Shown piece after piece: positions 45,317-55,084 of a stretch of 64,000 bases of DNA. The first letter of the stretch is position 1. Every line of letters begins with the position of its first letter. This DNA is from Tidjanibacter sp. (GTDB lineage: Bacteria > Bacteroidota > Bacteroidia > Bacteroidales > Rikenellaceae). The translations under genes and the position numbers were made by a program. The DNA lies in assembly GCA_034102025.1 (NCBI GenBank), contig JAXEIN010000013.1, positions 75,300 through 139,299 on the forward strand. Reading direction: 5' to 3'. The notes beneath the pieces were generated by a model. The model was not told where the DNA came from. It ran no database searches and saw nothing but the letters and a program-made list of their open reading frames with translations.

Positions 45317-48253
45317 TTAGAAATCTATTTGAGCGCCAAATATTATCTGACGAGTGGTCGGGTAGTAATTGCGCGAGCCGTTGGCACCCGGGTGCAGGCC
45401 GTTGATTTCGTAGGTCGACGGGTCGACGCCCGTGAAGGCGGTCAGCGTGGCAAGGTTGCGGCCGGTCAGGTAGAGGCGAACGTTGCCAATGTATTTGCTC
45501 TTAACTTTCAAGTTGTAGCCCAGGTTGACCATATCCAATTTCAGATAGTCGCCACGCTCCAAAAAGTAATCGCAAACAATCGGGTTGCCGGTAATCTCGC
45601 CGTTGGTGGTAAAGGCCTTTTTCAGAACATTGGAGTTCATAAAGCGCGTACCGTAGTAGAAGTCGTGAACATTGAAGAGGTCGAAACCGAATGCGCCACG
45701 GAAGAAGAGGGTCAAATCCCAATTTTTGTATTTGAACGAGTGAGTCATCGAGGCGGTGAATTTTGGCAGACCATTACCCACGGCGCACATATCGGCATCG
45801 GTTCCAAAAACAGCCATTTTAGGCTCGTTGTCGGCACCGTAGATTACCCATTCGCCCTTGCGGTTGAAACCTGCAAAGCGCCACATATAGAATGTTCCCA
45901 ACCGCTGACCAACCTCGATTCGTTGCAGGTAGTGCATTGGCAGAGGGTCTTCGGTTCCGGCCACATAGACAAAATCTTGTCCGACATACTCCGAATTCGA
46001 GAACGATACGATGCGGCTGTCCATTGTCGAACCGACGAACCCGATGTTGTAACCGAAGTCGCGCGACGAGACCACCGAGAAATTGAGATCCAGTTCCAGA
46101 CCGCTGTTCTGCATTGTACCCACATTGACAAAAATTGTCGGATAGAGGTATGGCGGAACCGATACGTTGTAGTCGCCCAGCAGGTCTTTCTGAGTACGGT
46201 TGAAGTAGTTGACCGAACCGCTCAGGCGGTTGTCGAAAAGCGAGAAATCGAGACCCACATTCCAGTTGACGCCTCTCTCCCAACGCAGATTTGGGTTGAC
46301 ATTCTTGGCAGAGCCCCAAACCGAGAAGTATTTACCATCATAGAAGTAGTCGCCAAAACCCGACATAGTGTTCAGCGAAAGGTAGCTGGCAAAATCCTGA
46401 TTACCCGTAACACCGTAGTCGGCGCGCAATTTCAGGTCGTTGAGCCAGCTGAGGTTCTGCATAAAATCCTCTTCTGTCAGACGCCAGCCGAGCGAAACGG
46501 CCGGAAAATTGCCCCACTTATTGTTGATGCCGAATTTCGAGGAGCCCTCGTGTCGCAAAGAGATAGTAGCAAGGTATTTGCCTTCATAGTTGTAGCTCAC
46601 TCGGCCGAAGAATGCAATGAGTTTTGCATCGTTCTTATAGGAGCCCATACCGAGAATGCCCTCCTCTTTGCCCTTTGAGCCTTGACCCAGATTGTTGTAC
46701 GAGAGTGCGTCCGACGGAAAGTCCTGATTTTCGGCCCAGAAGCCCGAATTTTGGAAATATTGATAGGAGTAGCCGCCCATAAGTTTCAGATTGTGACCGC
46801 CGAACGATTTATTGTAATTCACAAGCCACTCCAACGAGTATTGGGTATTGAGGTCGTAGCTCTTTTTGGCCTCGCCCTCGTAACCCTTGTTCTGACGATT
46901 TATGGCAGGGCGGAACCAACCGTTATATTTGCCGATGTATTGGTCGGCGAAGGTCAGCTGTGTCGAAAGGTCGTCGGAAAGATTCAACTTGACGGTTGCG
47001 TCCCAGTCCAATAGTTTCGACTGACGGTCGTCGACTACGGTATTGTTCTCCTCAACAGGATTGTACATTGCCTGCTGGCCATAGAAATCGTAGTAGTAGC
47101 CGGGGTCGTTGGGGTCCATAACGGGGCTTGTCGGGTTGGCCTCGATAGCGCGATGGAAGGTGTGCCAATCGGCTCCTTTGGCATTGATAACTCGTGGCGC
47201 AACGTTTATTATGAAAGTGAAGAGTCCGCTTTGTGAAGTGTGATTCAACGATGCACGAGCGCCATATTCCATACGCTCCGAACGACGGTCGATGCCCGTT
47301 GCGTTACGGTAATCGGCACTGACGCGGTAGCTGTTGCGAGCATTGCCGCCCGAGAGTGTAACGGTGTGTTGATTGGTCAACCCCACGCGGCTGACCTCCG
47401 AGAGCCAATCTTCGACATTACCACCCAAATCCACTCCGCCAATGGGCACTTTCAACTCGCGGTACTCTTGGGCAGAGAGCATATCCAACTCGCGAATCAT
47501 CACGTCGGCCGAGGCCAGAAAATCATAAGTGGTATGCACTGCGCCGTCCTTATCGCCTTTTTTGGTGGTAATCAGCACCACGCCGTTGCTGCCTCGCGTA
47601 CCATAGATTGCCGAGGCGGCGCCGTCTTTCAGAATATCTATCGAAGCTATGTCGTTTTGATTAAGGTTCGACATATTGCCTCCCGGCACACCGTCGATGA
47701 CCACGAGCGGGCCCAAGCCGGCCGCACGCGACGAAATGCCGCGGATCTGAATACTTGCGGTATTGTTGGGGTCGGCTGCGCCCGTGTTCGACACCGAAAC
47801 GCCTGCCACTTTGCCCTGAATCAGGATAGCAGGGTCGCCGCCGCTCGACGAGAGAAAATCTTCTGACGAAATGTGCGAAATGGCCGAGGTAAGCTCCTTT
47901 TTATCCATCGTTCCGTAGCCGATTACGACAATCTCGCCAACCATTCGGCTGTCTTCACTCATCGCTATATTAATAGTGGTGCGCGAGGCTACACGCTCCT
48001 CTACTTCGCCATATCCCAAATAGCTAAACACAAGCACCGCATCTTTCTTAACTGTAATAGAGTAGTATCCGCGAGCATCGGTAATCGTGCCGGCGCTGTT
48101 CTCCGTATCCATAACCGTAACACCTGCCAACGGATTCGACGAAGAGGCATCGGTCACAATACCGCTAACCTGTTGTTTTTGGGCATAAACCCCAATGGAA
48201 GATGTGCAGAGCAGCAACATCAATAGAGTGGTTAGTCTGTTTTTATTTCTCAT
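45317..48253 (-). CDS. SusC/RagA-family TonB-dependent receptor
   Basis: 978 aa. Motifs are VSGIVTDASSSNPLAGVTV, GEIVVIGYGTMDKKELTSAIS, IQIRGISS, PLVVIDGVPG and ILKDGAASAIYGTRGSNGVVLITTKKG. The C-terminus ends in F. Confidence 0.92.
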   Translation of the reverse strand: MRNKNRLTTLLMLLLCTSSIGVYAQKQQVSGIVTDASSSNPLAGVTVMDTENSAGTITDARGYYSITVKKDAVLVFSYLGYGEVEERVASRTTINIAMSEDSRMVGEIVVIGYGTMDKKELTSAISHISSEDFLSSSGGDPAILIQGKVAGVSVSNTGAADPNNTASIQIRGISSRAAGLGPLVVIDGVPGGNMSNLNQNDIASIDILKDGAASAIYGTRGSNGVVLITTKKGDKDGAVHTTYDFLASADVMIRELDMLSAQEYRELKVPIGGVDLGGNVEDWLSEVSRVGLTNQHTVTLSGGNARNSYRVSADYRNATGIDRRSERMEYGARASLNHTSQSGLFTFIINVAPRVINAKGADWHTFHRAIEANPTSPVMDPNDPGYYYDFYGQQAMYNPVEENNTVVDDRQSKLLDWDATVKLNLSDDLSTQLTFADQYIGKYNGWFRPAINRQNKGYEGEAKKSYDLNTQYSLEWLVNYNKSFGGHNLKLMGGYSYQYFQNSGFWAENQDFPSDALSYNNLGQGSKGKEEGILGMGSYKNDAKLIAFFGRVSYNYEGKYLATISLRHEGSSKFGINNKWGNFPAVSLGWRLTEEDFMQNLSWLNDLKLRADYGVTGNQDFASYLSLNTMSGFGDYFYDGKYFSVWGSAKNVNPNLRWERGVNWNVGLDFSLFDNRLSGSVNYFNRTQKDLLGDYNVSVPPYLYPTIFVNVGTMQNSGLELDLNFSVVSSRDFGYNIGFVGSTMDSRIVSFSNSEYVGQDFVYVAGTEDPLPMHYLQRIEVGQRLGTFYMWRFAGFNRKGEWVIYGADNEPKMAVFGTDADMCAVGNGLPKFTASMTHSFKYKNWDLTLFFRGAFGFDLFNVHDFYYGTRFMNSNVLKKAFTTNGEITGNPIVCDYFLERGDYLKLDMVNLGYNLKVKSKYIGNVRLYLTGRNLATLTAFTGVDPSTYEINGLHPGANGSRNYYPTTRQIIFGAQIDF

Positions 48254-48281
48254 TTCGGTTCAACTTTGATTAATGTTTTCG

Positions 48282-48289
48282 CAAAGTTA
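48282..48289 (-). promoter_or_regulatory. Candidate -7 box (TAACTTTG on minus strand) for the susC-like operon
   Basis: Plus-strand CAAAGTTA, 29-36 nt upstream of ATG 48253. Confidence 0.4.
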
Positions 48290-48406
48290 TCTTCAACCTA
48301 ATGAGCCGACAAGCGATTAAGCCGTAAATTAAGATATAACAACAGACATAACAGCCTTATTAAAAGACTGTTATCAAATGTAATGGAAGCTGTAAATTAA
48401 GGTGCG

Positions 48407-50020
48407 TTAAGGCTTTGGAATGCCCATTACGGCAGCATCGAATTGCTCTTTGGGCAAAATGGTTTTAGCCTTTACGTTGGCCTTATAGACATAGACCGTA
48501 TTGACCGAGAGATTAAGGTAGTCGGCCACTTGCGAGGGGTTGTCGATACCCAATCGCATCAGAGCAAATATACGCACCTCCATTGGCAACACGCCGCTGC
48601 TGTCGAGCTCAACCCAATCGCTGCTTGGGAAAAGCGCATTGAACGCCTCCAAGAAGTTGGGGAACAGTTTCAGAAATGCGGTATCGAACGATGCGTAGAT
48701 ACGCTCGCGCTCCTCTTTGATATTGAGATTGTAGAGCAGTGCACGCGCGTCGTCGTACTGTTTTGCCCCAATCTTGCGAATCACCGCCTTCGAGAGTTTT
48801 TCCACCTCGTTGACAAACGAGGAGTTGCCATAGAGCGACTGAATTATGTAGCGGTCTTTGATCTCGTTGGTCTCTTTCAATTTGGCGTTCAGCTCCAAGA
48901 GTGACAGGTTCGTTTGGCTCAACTCTTCGGCACCTGCCAGCAATTTCCGATGCACATCTGAGAGTTCCAAATTGCGCTTGCGCAACCTTCCCAGCAAGAT
49001 AAAGGTCAATACCAGTAGCGCCAAAACCGTGCTTCCAAAGATGAGGTAAAGCACCCTCTGTCGGTTAATCCAGTTGTAGCGGCTGTTCTCGATAACGGGC
49101 AATATGGTGTTGATTTCGACCATTCTAAGGCGCGAATTGTAGAACTCGGCATCGAAAAGTGCCTGATGAATATATTTGTAGGCACGCGCAATGTCGTCAC
49201 GTTGATACATATACTCCGCCAAAACCTTAGCCGAGGTGGTCTCGTGGGTAGAGGATTGAATGTCGTTCAGAGCCGAGAGTGCACGGTAGTAGATGGCTTC
49301 GTCGTTACGCCCAAGAGAGTTGTATGCCGCCGACAATATGGAATACTGCACAGCCTGCTCGTGCTCGTCCAAATCGTATTGAGCAATCAGGCTCTTGCGC
49401 TCGTCGATAGCCAAACGGTCGGAGTAATGTTGAACAAGGGCTATATCCAACGCAATACTGCTGTACTCGAAAGAGTAATCGGCAGCGTGCTTCAATGCAA
49501 GGTCGTAGTAATACATCTTGCGCTGGTCGTACTCGGTCGACAACTCGGCGGTACCGCTGACGTAGGAGCTAAGGTTTTGGTAGGTCTGAGCACAGAGCAG
49601 ATAGAAATCCGACAACAACCTGTCGGGCAGTCCCTCAGGCCGAAAATGGTCGATTATGTCGGTTGCCTCGTTGAAAAAGCCGACCGACTTGTAACAAAAC
49701 AGCAGAGCCGATTGGGCAATGGCAGCATCGATCCTCTTGCCCGAGCTCTCGGCCAACTTTTCGAGCTTGCGGGCGTAGACGTAAGCGGAGTCGTACTGAT
49801 AATATTTGTATTGGTTGAATATGCGGTTGAAAGTGCCGAATTGGTCGGAACCGCTTAGTTGACTCTTCAATTCGTCGATGCGCTGCTGCTTGGCGACGCC
49901 GTAACTCTCTCTTTGTTCGATTGCCTTGTCGACACGGGTCAATACGTTCTCTATGCTCTCGTCGTCGACCGTCGGCAACGAAAACAATATGAGCGAAACC
50001 AAAAAGCCGACACAATTCAT
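48407..50020 (-). CDS. SusR-type membrane-spanning transcriptional regulator (TPR-like sensor, one internal TM, C-terminal HTH)
   Basis: I start it at ATG 50020 (MNCVGFLVSLILFSLP). It has an internal TM VLYLIFGSTVLALLVLTFILLG and a C-terminal HTH RIFALMRLGIDNPSQVADYLNLSVNTVYVYKANVKAK. It sits upstream of SusC/D plus GH97, as in the Bacteroides sus locus. Confidence 0.6.
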   Translation of the reverse strand: MNCVGFLVSLILFSLPTVDDESIENVLTRVDKAIEQRESYGVAKQQRIDELKSQLSGSDQFGTFNRIFNQYKYYQYDSAYVYARKLEKLAESSGKRIDAAIAQSALLFCYKSVGFFNEATDIIDHFRPEGLPDRLLSDFYLLCAQTYQNLSSYVSGTAELSTEYDQRKMYYYDLALKHAADYSFEYSSIALDIALVQHYSDRLAIDERKSLIAQYDLDEHEQAVQYSILSAAYNSLGRNDEAIYYRALSALNDIQSSTHETTSAKVLAEYMYQRDDIARAYKYIHQALFDAEFYNSRLRMVEINTILPVIENSRYNWINRQRVLYLIFGSTVLALLVLTFILLGRLRKRNLELSDVHRKLLAGAEELSQTNLSLLELNAKLKETNEIKDRYIIQSLYGNSSFVNEVEKLSKAVIRKIGAKQYDDARALLYNLNIKEERERIYASFDTAFLKLFPNFLEAFNALFPSSDWVELDSSGVLPMEVRIFALMRLGIDNPSQVADYLNLSVNTVYVYKANVKAKTILPKEQFDAAVMGIPKP

Positions 50021-50218
50021 ACCAAAACGGTTTAAGGTTATATGATTACAAAAATAGACAATAATTCCCGAATTGCACACTTTTCCCCCTCATTATTCCG
50101 TTTTGGAAATGGTTTTTGCGGCTCCAGTCAACAGCTACCGCACGAAAAGAGCGTTATGCGGCAGCGAGCGGTCTGCTTGCAGGCGGTCTATCATATATGG
50201 TGTAAGCTGAAACAACGG

Positions 50219-50255
50219 CAGAGGGTGCCCGACAAATTGCGTCGGGCACCCTCTG
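50219..50255. terminator. Strong GC-rich hairpin (CAGAGGGTGCCCGAC-AAATTGC-GTCGGGCACCCTCTG)
   Basis: Perfect 15-bp stem. It is followed by TTTTA on the plus strand and CCGTTGTTTC on the minus strand. No annotated gene ends next to it. Confidence 0.5.
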
Positions 50256-50467
50256 TTTTAGGGCATTACATATTGCAGATGCCACTACCATTTCGGGCGG
50301 CAATCCGTTATCTTTGGCGTGGCGTGAGGCAATTACCTGTAAACCACAACGCGGCGTCCCAAACGTGCGTAGCGTCGGAAAGCCCATATCAGTCGTTTAA
50401 TTTTGCGTATCATCTTCGTAGGGAGTTTGGCTCTTTTAGAGTATAGATGCTTTGACCCCACGAAATG

Positions 50468-50490
50468 TTGCATCGCGATGCAATTTTTTT
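50468..50490 (+). terminator. Plus-strand intrinsic-terminator-like hairpin TTGCATCGCGATGCAA followed by T7 (then GA T8)
   Basis: Palindromic stem and U-tract read directly. The orientation is wrong for rimM (minus strand), and no plus-strand gene is annotated upstream. Confidence 0.45.
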
Positions 50491-50543
50491 GATTTTTTTT
50501 CCGAGAAAGCGTTTGAGCCTGCGCCCGACAACTCTCGGCGGCG

Positions 50544-51068
50544 CTAACCGTTAAGATTGAAAAGTCCTTCCGGAATATCGAAAACCACTTCGCGGCGGCC
50601 GACCGAATAGCTATCAATCATCTGATCGACAGCAGGAATCATCACCTCTGAGCCCTCCACGTCGACCAAAAAAAGCGGATTTAGTTCGTTGTCGACAAAA
50701 TCGTAAATGCGGCCGCGCTTTTTCGACCCCTTGAACCGTGCATCGTAGCCGACAAAATCTTCCAAATAGAGCTCCTCCGAGTCGTCGGCCTCGTCGTCGG
50801 CCTCGACAGTGCGCAGCGAGAACTCGCGCCCGACCAACTCGTCGGCCCGTCCCACCGTGTCGAAATCGGCAAAGCGTACCACGGCACTGCCTGCGCCGCG
50901 ACGAGTGAAGGAGTCACAAAAAAGAGGAACCGCCAACGAGTCGATAACGACCATAAGCGGTTCCTCTGTGTCGAACTCTTCGGGGAATGTGTCGTAGAGG
51001 TTTACGATGAGCTCACCGCCCATACCAAACTTCTTGGCAATTCGCCCTGCCGGCCGGTTCATAGCCAT
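50544..51068 (-). CDS. rimM: 16S rRNA processing protein RimM
   Basis: 174 aa with N-terminal AGRIAKKFGMGGELIVNL typical of RimM. It lies 15 nt downstream of rpsP, as in the conserved rpsP-rimM arrangement. Confidence 0.75.
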   Translation of the reverse strand: MAMNRPAGRIAKKFGMGGELIVNLYDTFPEEFDTEEPLMVVIDSLAVPLFCDSFTRRGAGSAVVRFADFDTVGRADELVGREFSLRTVEADDEADDSEELYLEDFVGYDARFKGSKKRGRIYDFVDNELNPLFLVDVEGSEVMIPAVDQMIDSYSVGRREVVFDIPEGLFNLNG

Positions 51069-51083
51069 TTGGGTGAGAACAGA

Positions 51084-51620
51084 CTAAGCCTCCTCTGCGG
51101 GAGCGGCAGCCTCTTCGGCACTCTCGGCAGGAGCGGCAGCCTCTTGGGCAGCAGCCTCGGTAGCAGCCTTCTTCTCGGCAACGCGAGCGGCGATAGCCTC
51201 TTTTGTCTTGGCCTCTTCTGCCATAGCGGTACGACGTGCAGCGCTCTTGTCGCTGGCAATCTTACCCTCTTTGGCCGAAATCTGAGCCTCTTTACCCTCA
51301 ATCCATTTATTGAAACGAGCCTCTGCGGTAGCTTCGTCAAAAGCACCCTTGGCTACGCCTCCGAGGAGGTGTTTCTTATATAGTACACCTTTGTAGGAGA
51401 GAATAGCCCTACAAGTATCGGTGGGTTGTGCGCCTTTTTGCAACCAGTCAAGGGCTTTGTTGAAGTCCAAAACGATTGTAGCAGGATTGGTATTCGGATT
51501 GTAAGAACCAATCTTCTCGATGAATTTACCATCACGTGGCGCCCTGCTATCTGCGACTACGATATGATAGAAAGCGAAACCCTTTTTACCGTGTCGAGCC
51601 AAACGAATTTTAACAGACAT
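51084..51620 (-). CDS. rpsP: 30S ribosomal protein S16 with long Ala/Glu/Lys-rich C-terminal extension
   Basis: It begins [42 protein letters not shown]. The tail is ...[23 protein letters not shown]. Confidence 0.93.
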   Translation of the reverse strand: MSVKIRLARHGKKGFAFYHIVVADSRAPRDGKFIEKIGSYNPNTNPATIVLDFNKALDWLQKGAQPTDTCRAILSYKGVLYKKHLLGGVAKGAFDEATAEARFNKWIEGKEAQISAKEGKIASDKSAARRTAMAEEAKTKEAIAARVAEKKAATEAAAQEAAAPAESAEEAAAPAEEA

Positions 51621-51692
51621 TTTGCGTTAATCTTTTAATTTATAATAATTTTAGTGCTAATCTGCCCCATTTTAATGGGCAAAACAGCGACG

Positions 51693-51700
51693 CAAAGGTA
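51693..51700 (-). promoter_or_regulatory. Candidate -7 box (TACCTTTG on minus strand) for rpsP-rimM
   Basis: Plus-strand CAAAGGTA, 73-80 nt upstream of ATG 51620. A TTTG lies 18 nt further upstream on the minus strand. Confidence 0.4.
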
Positions 51701-51778
51701 CTAATTATTTTGTTAATTCAAAATTCAGGCTTCAAAAATCGTAATTGCCGGCAATATATTATGGTACAATGTTGATGG

Positions 51779-53122
51779 CTATATCACTCCGGCAAGGCTC
51801 AGAAACATCACCACAATGGCGGTAGGCACCACGTAGCGCAGCATAAACCGCAGCACGGGGAAGAGTTTTTTGCCGTAGTGTCCGCCCGTGGTTATCTCGC
51901 GACGCAACACCCTCTTCTTCATCACCCAGCCGGCAAAAATCACTGTGGCAAGTCCGCCAATGGGCAGCATATAGTTCGACGAAACGTAATCGAAAATTTG
52001 CAGTAAATCCCAACGACCAATGCCCATACACGATGTGGGCGTCTGCGAGAGTGCGCAGAGAGTCGAGAGCACCCCGATGACCACAAACGAGACCACGACG
52101 GCCATTGTGCGGCTCATTCGGAACTCCTCCGAGAGGTAGGCGATAATCACTTCAAGAATCGAGAACGACGAGGTTATGGCGGCAAAGAAGAGCAGCACAA
52201 AGAAAGCTATCGACAGGAAGTAGCCGCCCGGGATTTGAGCGAAGAGCGTCGGCAGGGTCAGGAAGACCAAATCGGCACCCGACGTGGGGCTGATGCCAAA
52301 GGTGAAGACGGCCGGAAATATGGCCAACCCCGCCATAATTGCCACCAGCGTGTCGGTCACCACTACTGTGCCTGCCACGCGGAGCAGGTTCTCTTTTTTA
52401 TTTATATAGGAGCCGTAAGTTATCATTGTTCCCATACCGAGGCTGAGCGAGAAGAACGACTGACCGAGTGCCATAACCACCGTTTTGCCGTCGATTTTGC
52501 TCCAATCGGGCTTGAAGAGGAACTCCATACTGTCGGTCCAGCCGCCCAGAAAGATGCTTCCTACGGCCATACCGAAGAGCAGAACCACCAGCACCGGCAT
52601 CATAAATTTGCTGCAACGCTCAATGCCCTTGTTGATGCCCAACACAAGCACCACGCAATTCAGAGCCAAAAAGCCGAGCGCCCAGGCAACCGAGCGCCAA
52701 CCGCTGTCGACAAACTCGCGGAAATGGTCGGCAACCTCCTTTTGGGAGGAGTGCATAAACTCACCCAACACCGACTCCTTGATGAACTCCAACGACCAAC
52801 CAGCAATCACGCAGTAGAACGACAAAATAACCAGCGCCGTCAGAATTCCAAGGTAGCCTATCGACTGCCAACCCTTTTGGCGCGAGAGGCTGCGGAACGC
52901 GCCGAGAGTATTTTTCTGACTGCCGCGCCCAACGGCAAACTCCGAAAGAATCACCGGAATAGAAATCAACAGGCTGATTGCCAAATAGATGACAATAAAT
53001 GCCGCACCACCATTTTGGCCAACTACGTAAGGAAATTTCCAAATGTTGCCCAGACCCACCGCCGAACCTGCAACAACGGCTATTGCACCGAAACGGCTGC
53101 CGAAAGTGCTTCTTTTTTCCAC
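51779..53122 (-). CDS. Neurotransmitter:sodium symporter (NSS/SNF) family transporter
   Basis: 447 aa with signature AVVAGSAVGLGNIWKFPYVVGQNGGAAF. The start codon is GTG (53122..53120), with an in-frame TAA just upstream. Confidence 0.88.
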   Translation of the reverse strand: MEKRSTFGSRFGAIAVVAGSAVGLGNIWKFPYVVGQNGGAAFIVIYLAISLLISIPVILSEFAVGRGSQKNTLGAFRSLSRQKGWQSIGYLGILTALVILSFYCVIAGWSLEFIKESVLGEFMHSSQKEVADHFREFVDSGWRSVAWALGFLALNCVVLVLGINKGIERCSKFMMPVLVVLLFGMAVGSIFLGGWTDSMEFLFKPDWSKIDGKTVVMALGQSFFSLSLGMGTMITYGSYINKKENLLRVAGTVVVTDTLVAIMAGLAIFPAVFTFGISPTSGADLVFLTLPTLFAQIPGGYFLSIAFFVLLFFAAITSSFSILEVIIAYLSEEFRMSRTMAVVVSFVVIGVLSTLCALSQTPTSCMGIGRWDLLQIFDYVSSNYMLPIGGLATVIFAGWVMKKRVLRREITTGGHYGKKLFPVLRFMLRYVVPTAIVVMFLSLAGVI

Positions 53123-53143
53123 GACTTATGAGATTTTTTTGAC

Positions 53144-53887
53144 TTACATTCTGCGACGGAACTCGTTGCAAACCACGGCGGTGGCCACCCCTACATTGAG
53201 CGACTCGGAGCCTTGCCGACCGATTGGAAACGGCGGCACAAAGAGCCTGCGAGTGATCAGCGCCGAGGTCGACGACGAGATGCCGTGTCCCTCGTTGCCC
53301 ATAACAATCACACCCGAACGGGCAAGCGTTGCCGAGTATATGTTCTCGCCTTCAAGCGCCGTGCCATAGAGTTCGACACCTGACTTGCGAGCCGAACCGA
53401 GCCACTCTGCCAATCCGACATACGAAACCTCAACTCGGAGCAGTGCCCCCATTGATGCCTGTACAACCTTTGGGTTATAGCAATCGGCCGAGTCCAATGA
53501 GCAGACCACGTGCAGAATGCCGTACCAGTCGGCCACACGGATTATGGTGCCCAAATTGCCCGGGTCTTGAACTGCGTCGAGCGCCAGCACGAGTTCATCA
53601 CTCCCTGTTTGCGGCAACTTGTTGTGGGGCATTCGCACCAGAGCAAGCACATCGGTCGGCGTGCGGAGCGAACTTATGCGCTCCATCTCTTTGGACGAGA
53701 CCCTTTCGACCAACTTGCAGTCGGTCGGAAATTCGTCGGTGGCAAATAATCGTGCAACCTCGAAACGGCTGCCGAGCACCTCGCCGACGCACTTGGCGCC
53801 CTCGACCACAAAAAGTCTTTCGGTGTTGCGCACCGACTTGTCGGAAGCAAGTGCTTTGACAAGTTGTATATCGGCCCGGGTAATCAT
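53144..53887 (-). CDS. TrmH/SpoU-family RNA 2'-O-methyltransferase
   Basis: 247 aa. Motifs are LDAVQDPGNLGTIIRVADWYG, VIVMGNEGHGIS and SESLNVGVATAVVCNEF. The ATG overlaps the upstream stop as ATGA. Confidence 0.85.
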   Translation of the reverse strand: MITRADIQLVKALASDKSVRNTERLFVVEGAKCVGEVLGSRFEVARLFATDEFPTDCKLVERVSSKEMERISSLRTPTDVLALVRMPHNKLPQTGSDELVLALDAVQDPGNLGTIIRVADWYGILHVVCSLDSADCYNPKVVQASMGALLRVEVSYVGLAEWLGSARKSGVELYGTALEGENIYSATLARSGVIVMGNEGHGISSSTSALITRRLFVPPFPIGRQGSESLNVGVATAVVCNEFRRRM

Positions 53888-55080
53888 TTGCTGTTCAATA
53901 TGTCAAGTACCAAGCTCTCCTCCACAGCCACCCCATAGGCAATCGCTTTGGGGTCGGGGCAGAGTGCGGCGGTATGAAGTTTTCCGGCGCGCCCGGCGGC
54001 AAAATCGTCGCCCTGGTAGCCCACTCCCAAACGGAAGAAGAGCGAGGGGTAAAGCTCGGTGTAGAATCCGAAGTCCTCCGAGGTGGGACGCAAAGGCAAA
54101 TCGTGAACCGTTCCAAGCTCTGCGGCCAACCGTTCGGCTCGCAAGGCGAGTGCCGAATCGTTTACCACCGAGGGGTAGCCCTCCGATATTTCGACCTCGA
54201 CAGCGACCCCCGTTTCGGCCTCGACTCGCATAGCGCGGTCGCGTATAAGGCTCTTTATCTCGGCTCGCCAACCCTCGTCGAAACAGCGCATCGTGCCCTC
54301 CAAACGGCTCTCGTCGGGGACAATGTTGGTTGCGCCGTCGGCCTCGATGCGGCCAATCGACACAATGGTGGGCAACGATTTATCGGGACTGAGCGAGGGT
54401 ATTTCGTAGAGAAAGTCTATCAGTTTGGCAGTTGCGGCAATCGGGTCGCGCATACCCTCGCGCAGGGCGGCGTGACCGCCACGACCGCGTAACGTGAAGC
54501 GCAACTCGTCGGACGAGGCCATATATTTTCCCTTACGGATACCGAAATGGCCTGTGGGCAACATCGGTTCGACGTGAAGTCCGATGAATGCCGATATATT
54601 GACCCCCTCAAACGGGTTTTCGCTGAGAACGAGCGTCGCACCGCCCGGGTTCTTCTCCTCACCCGGCTGAAAGAGTCCGAAGACCCTGCCCGAAAAGTCG
54701 CGGCGGCGACGGCCGAGCAGTATCAGCGTACCGAGCAGCACCGTCGTGTGGAGGTCGTGACCGCAGGCGTGCATCACACCGTGGGTGAGCGACTGCACCC
54801 TCACGGCACTCTGCTCCTCAATGGGCAGAGCATCGATGTCGGCACGCAAAACCACCGCACGGTCGACCGAGCCGCCGGGTCGTTCGCCCCGAATCTCGGC
54901 CAACACCCCTGTGCCTGCCACCGGTCGGACTGCAATGCCCTCCTGTTTGAGTCGCAGAGCTATGGCTTCGGCCGTATGGAACTCCTCGAACGAGAGTTCG
55001 GGGTGCGAGTGCAGCAGGTAGTAGAACTCTGTCAAAGGCAGGTATTCGCCCAATATCTCTTCCGAAAGTCGTTGTTCCAC
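53884..55080 (-). CDS. M20-family amidohydrolase (N-acyl-amino-acid amidohydrolase/hippuricase-like)
   Basis: 398 aa. Motifs are HSHPELSFEE, VLRADIDALP and MHACGHDLH. The start is GTG (55080..55078), and the first internal Met is far downstream. Confidence 0.82.
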   Translation of the reverse strand: MEQRLSEEILGEYLPLTEFYYLLHSHPELSFEEFHTAEAIALRLKQEGIAVRPVAGTGVLAEIRGERPGGSVDRAVVLRADIDALPIEEQSAVRVQSLTHGVMHACGHDLHTTVLLGTLILLGRRRRDFSGRVFGLFQPGEEKNPGGATLVLSENPFEGVNISAFIGLHVEPMLPTGHFGIRKGKYMASSDELRFTLRGRGGHAALREGMRDPIAATAKLIDFLYEIPSLSPDKSLPTIVSIGRIEADGATNIVPDESRLEGTMRCFDEGWRAEIKSLIRDRAMRVEAETGVAVEVEISEGYPSVVNDSALALRAERLAAELGTVHDLPLRPTSEDFGFYTELYPSLFFRLGVGYQGDDFAAGRAGKLHTAALCPDPKAIAYGVAVEESLVLDILNSK

Positions 55081-55084
55081 CGCT

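Noticed and set aside
45233-46678. 481-aa plus-strand ORF
   Set aside because: It is antisense to the SusD/SusC junction and the SusC C-terminal barrel. It crosses an intergenic gap of the real genes and has no motifs.
50042-50446. 134-aa plus-strand ORF (plus 50154..50387 and 50333..50617 on minus) in the gene-free region
   Set aside because: It reads straight through the 15-bp GC hairpin. It has no motifs and an odd composition, and it overlaps other equally poor ORFs. I treat it as non-coding.
51059-51383. Overlapping ORFs 51059..51346 (minus) and 51069..51383 (plus) with Leu/Pro/Arg- or Gly/Ser/Leu-rich products
   Set aside because: They are alternative-frame readings of the low-complexity GC-rich tail of rpsP.
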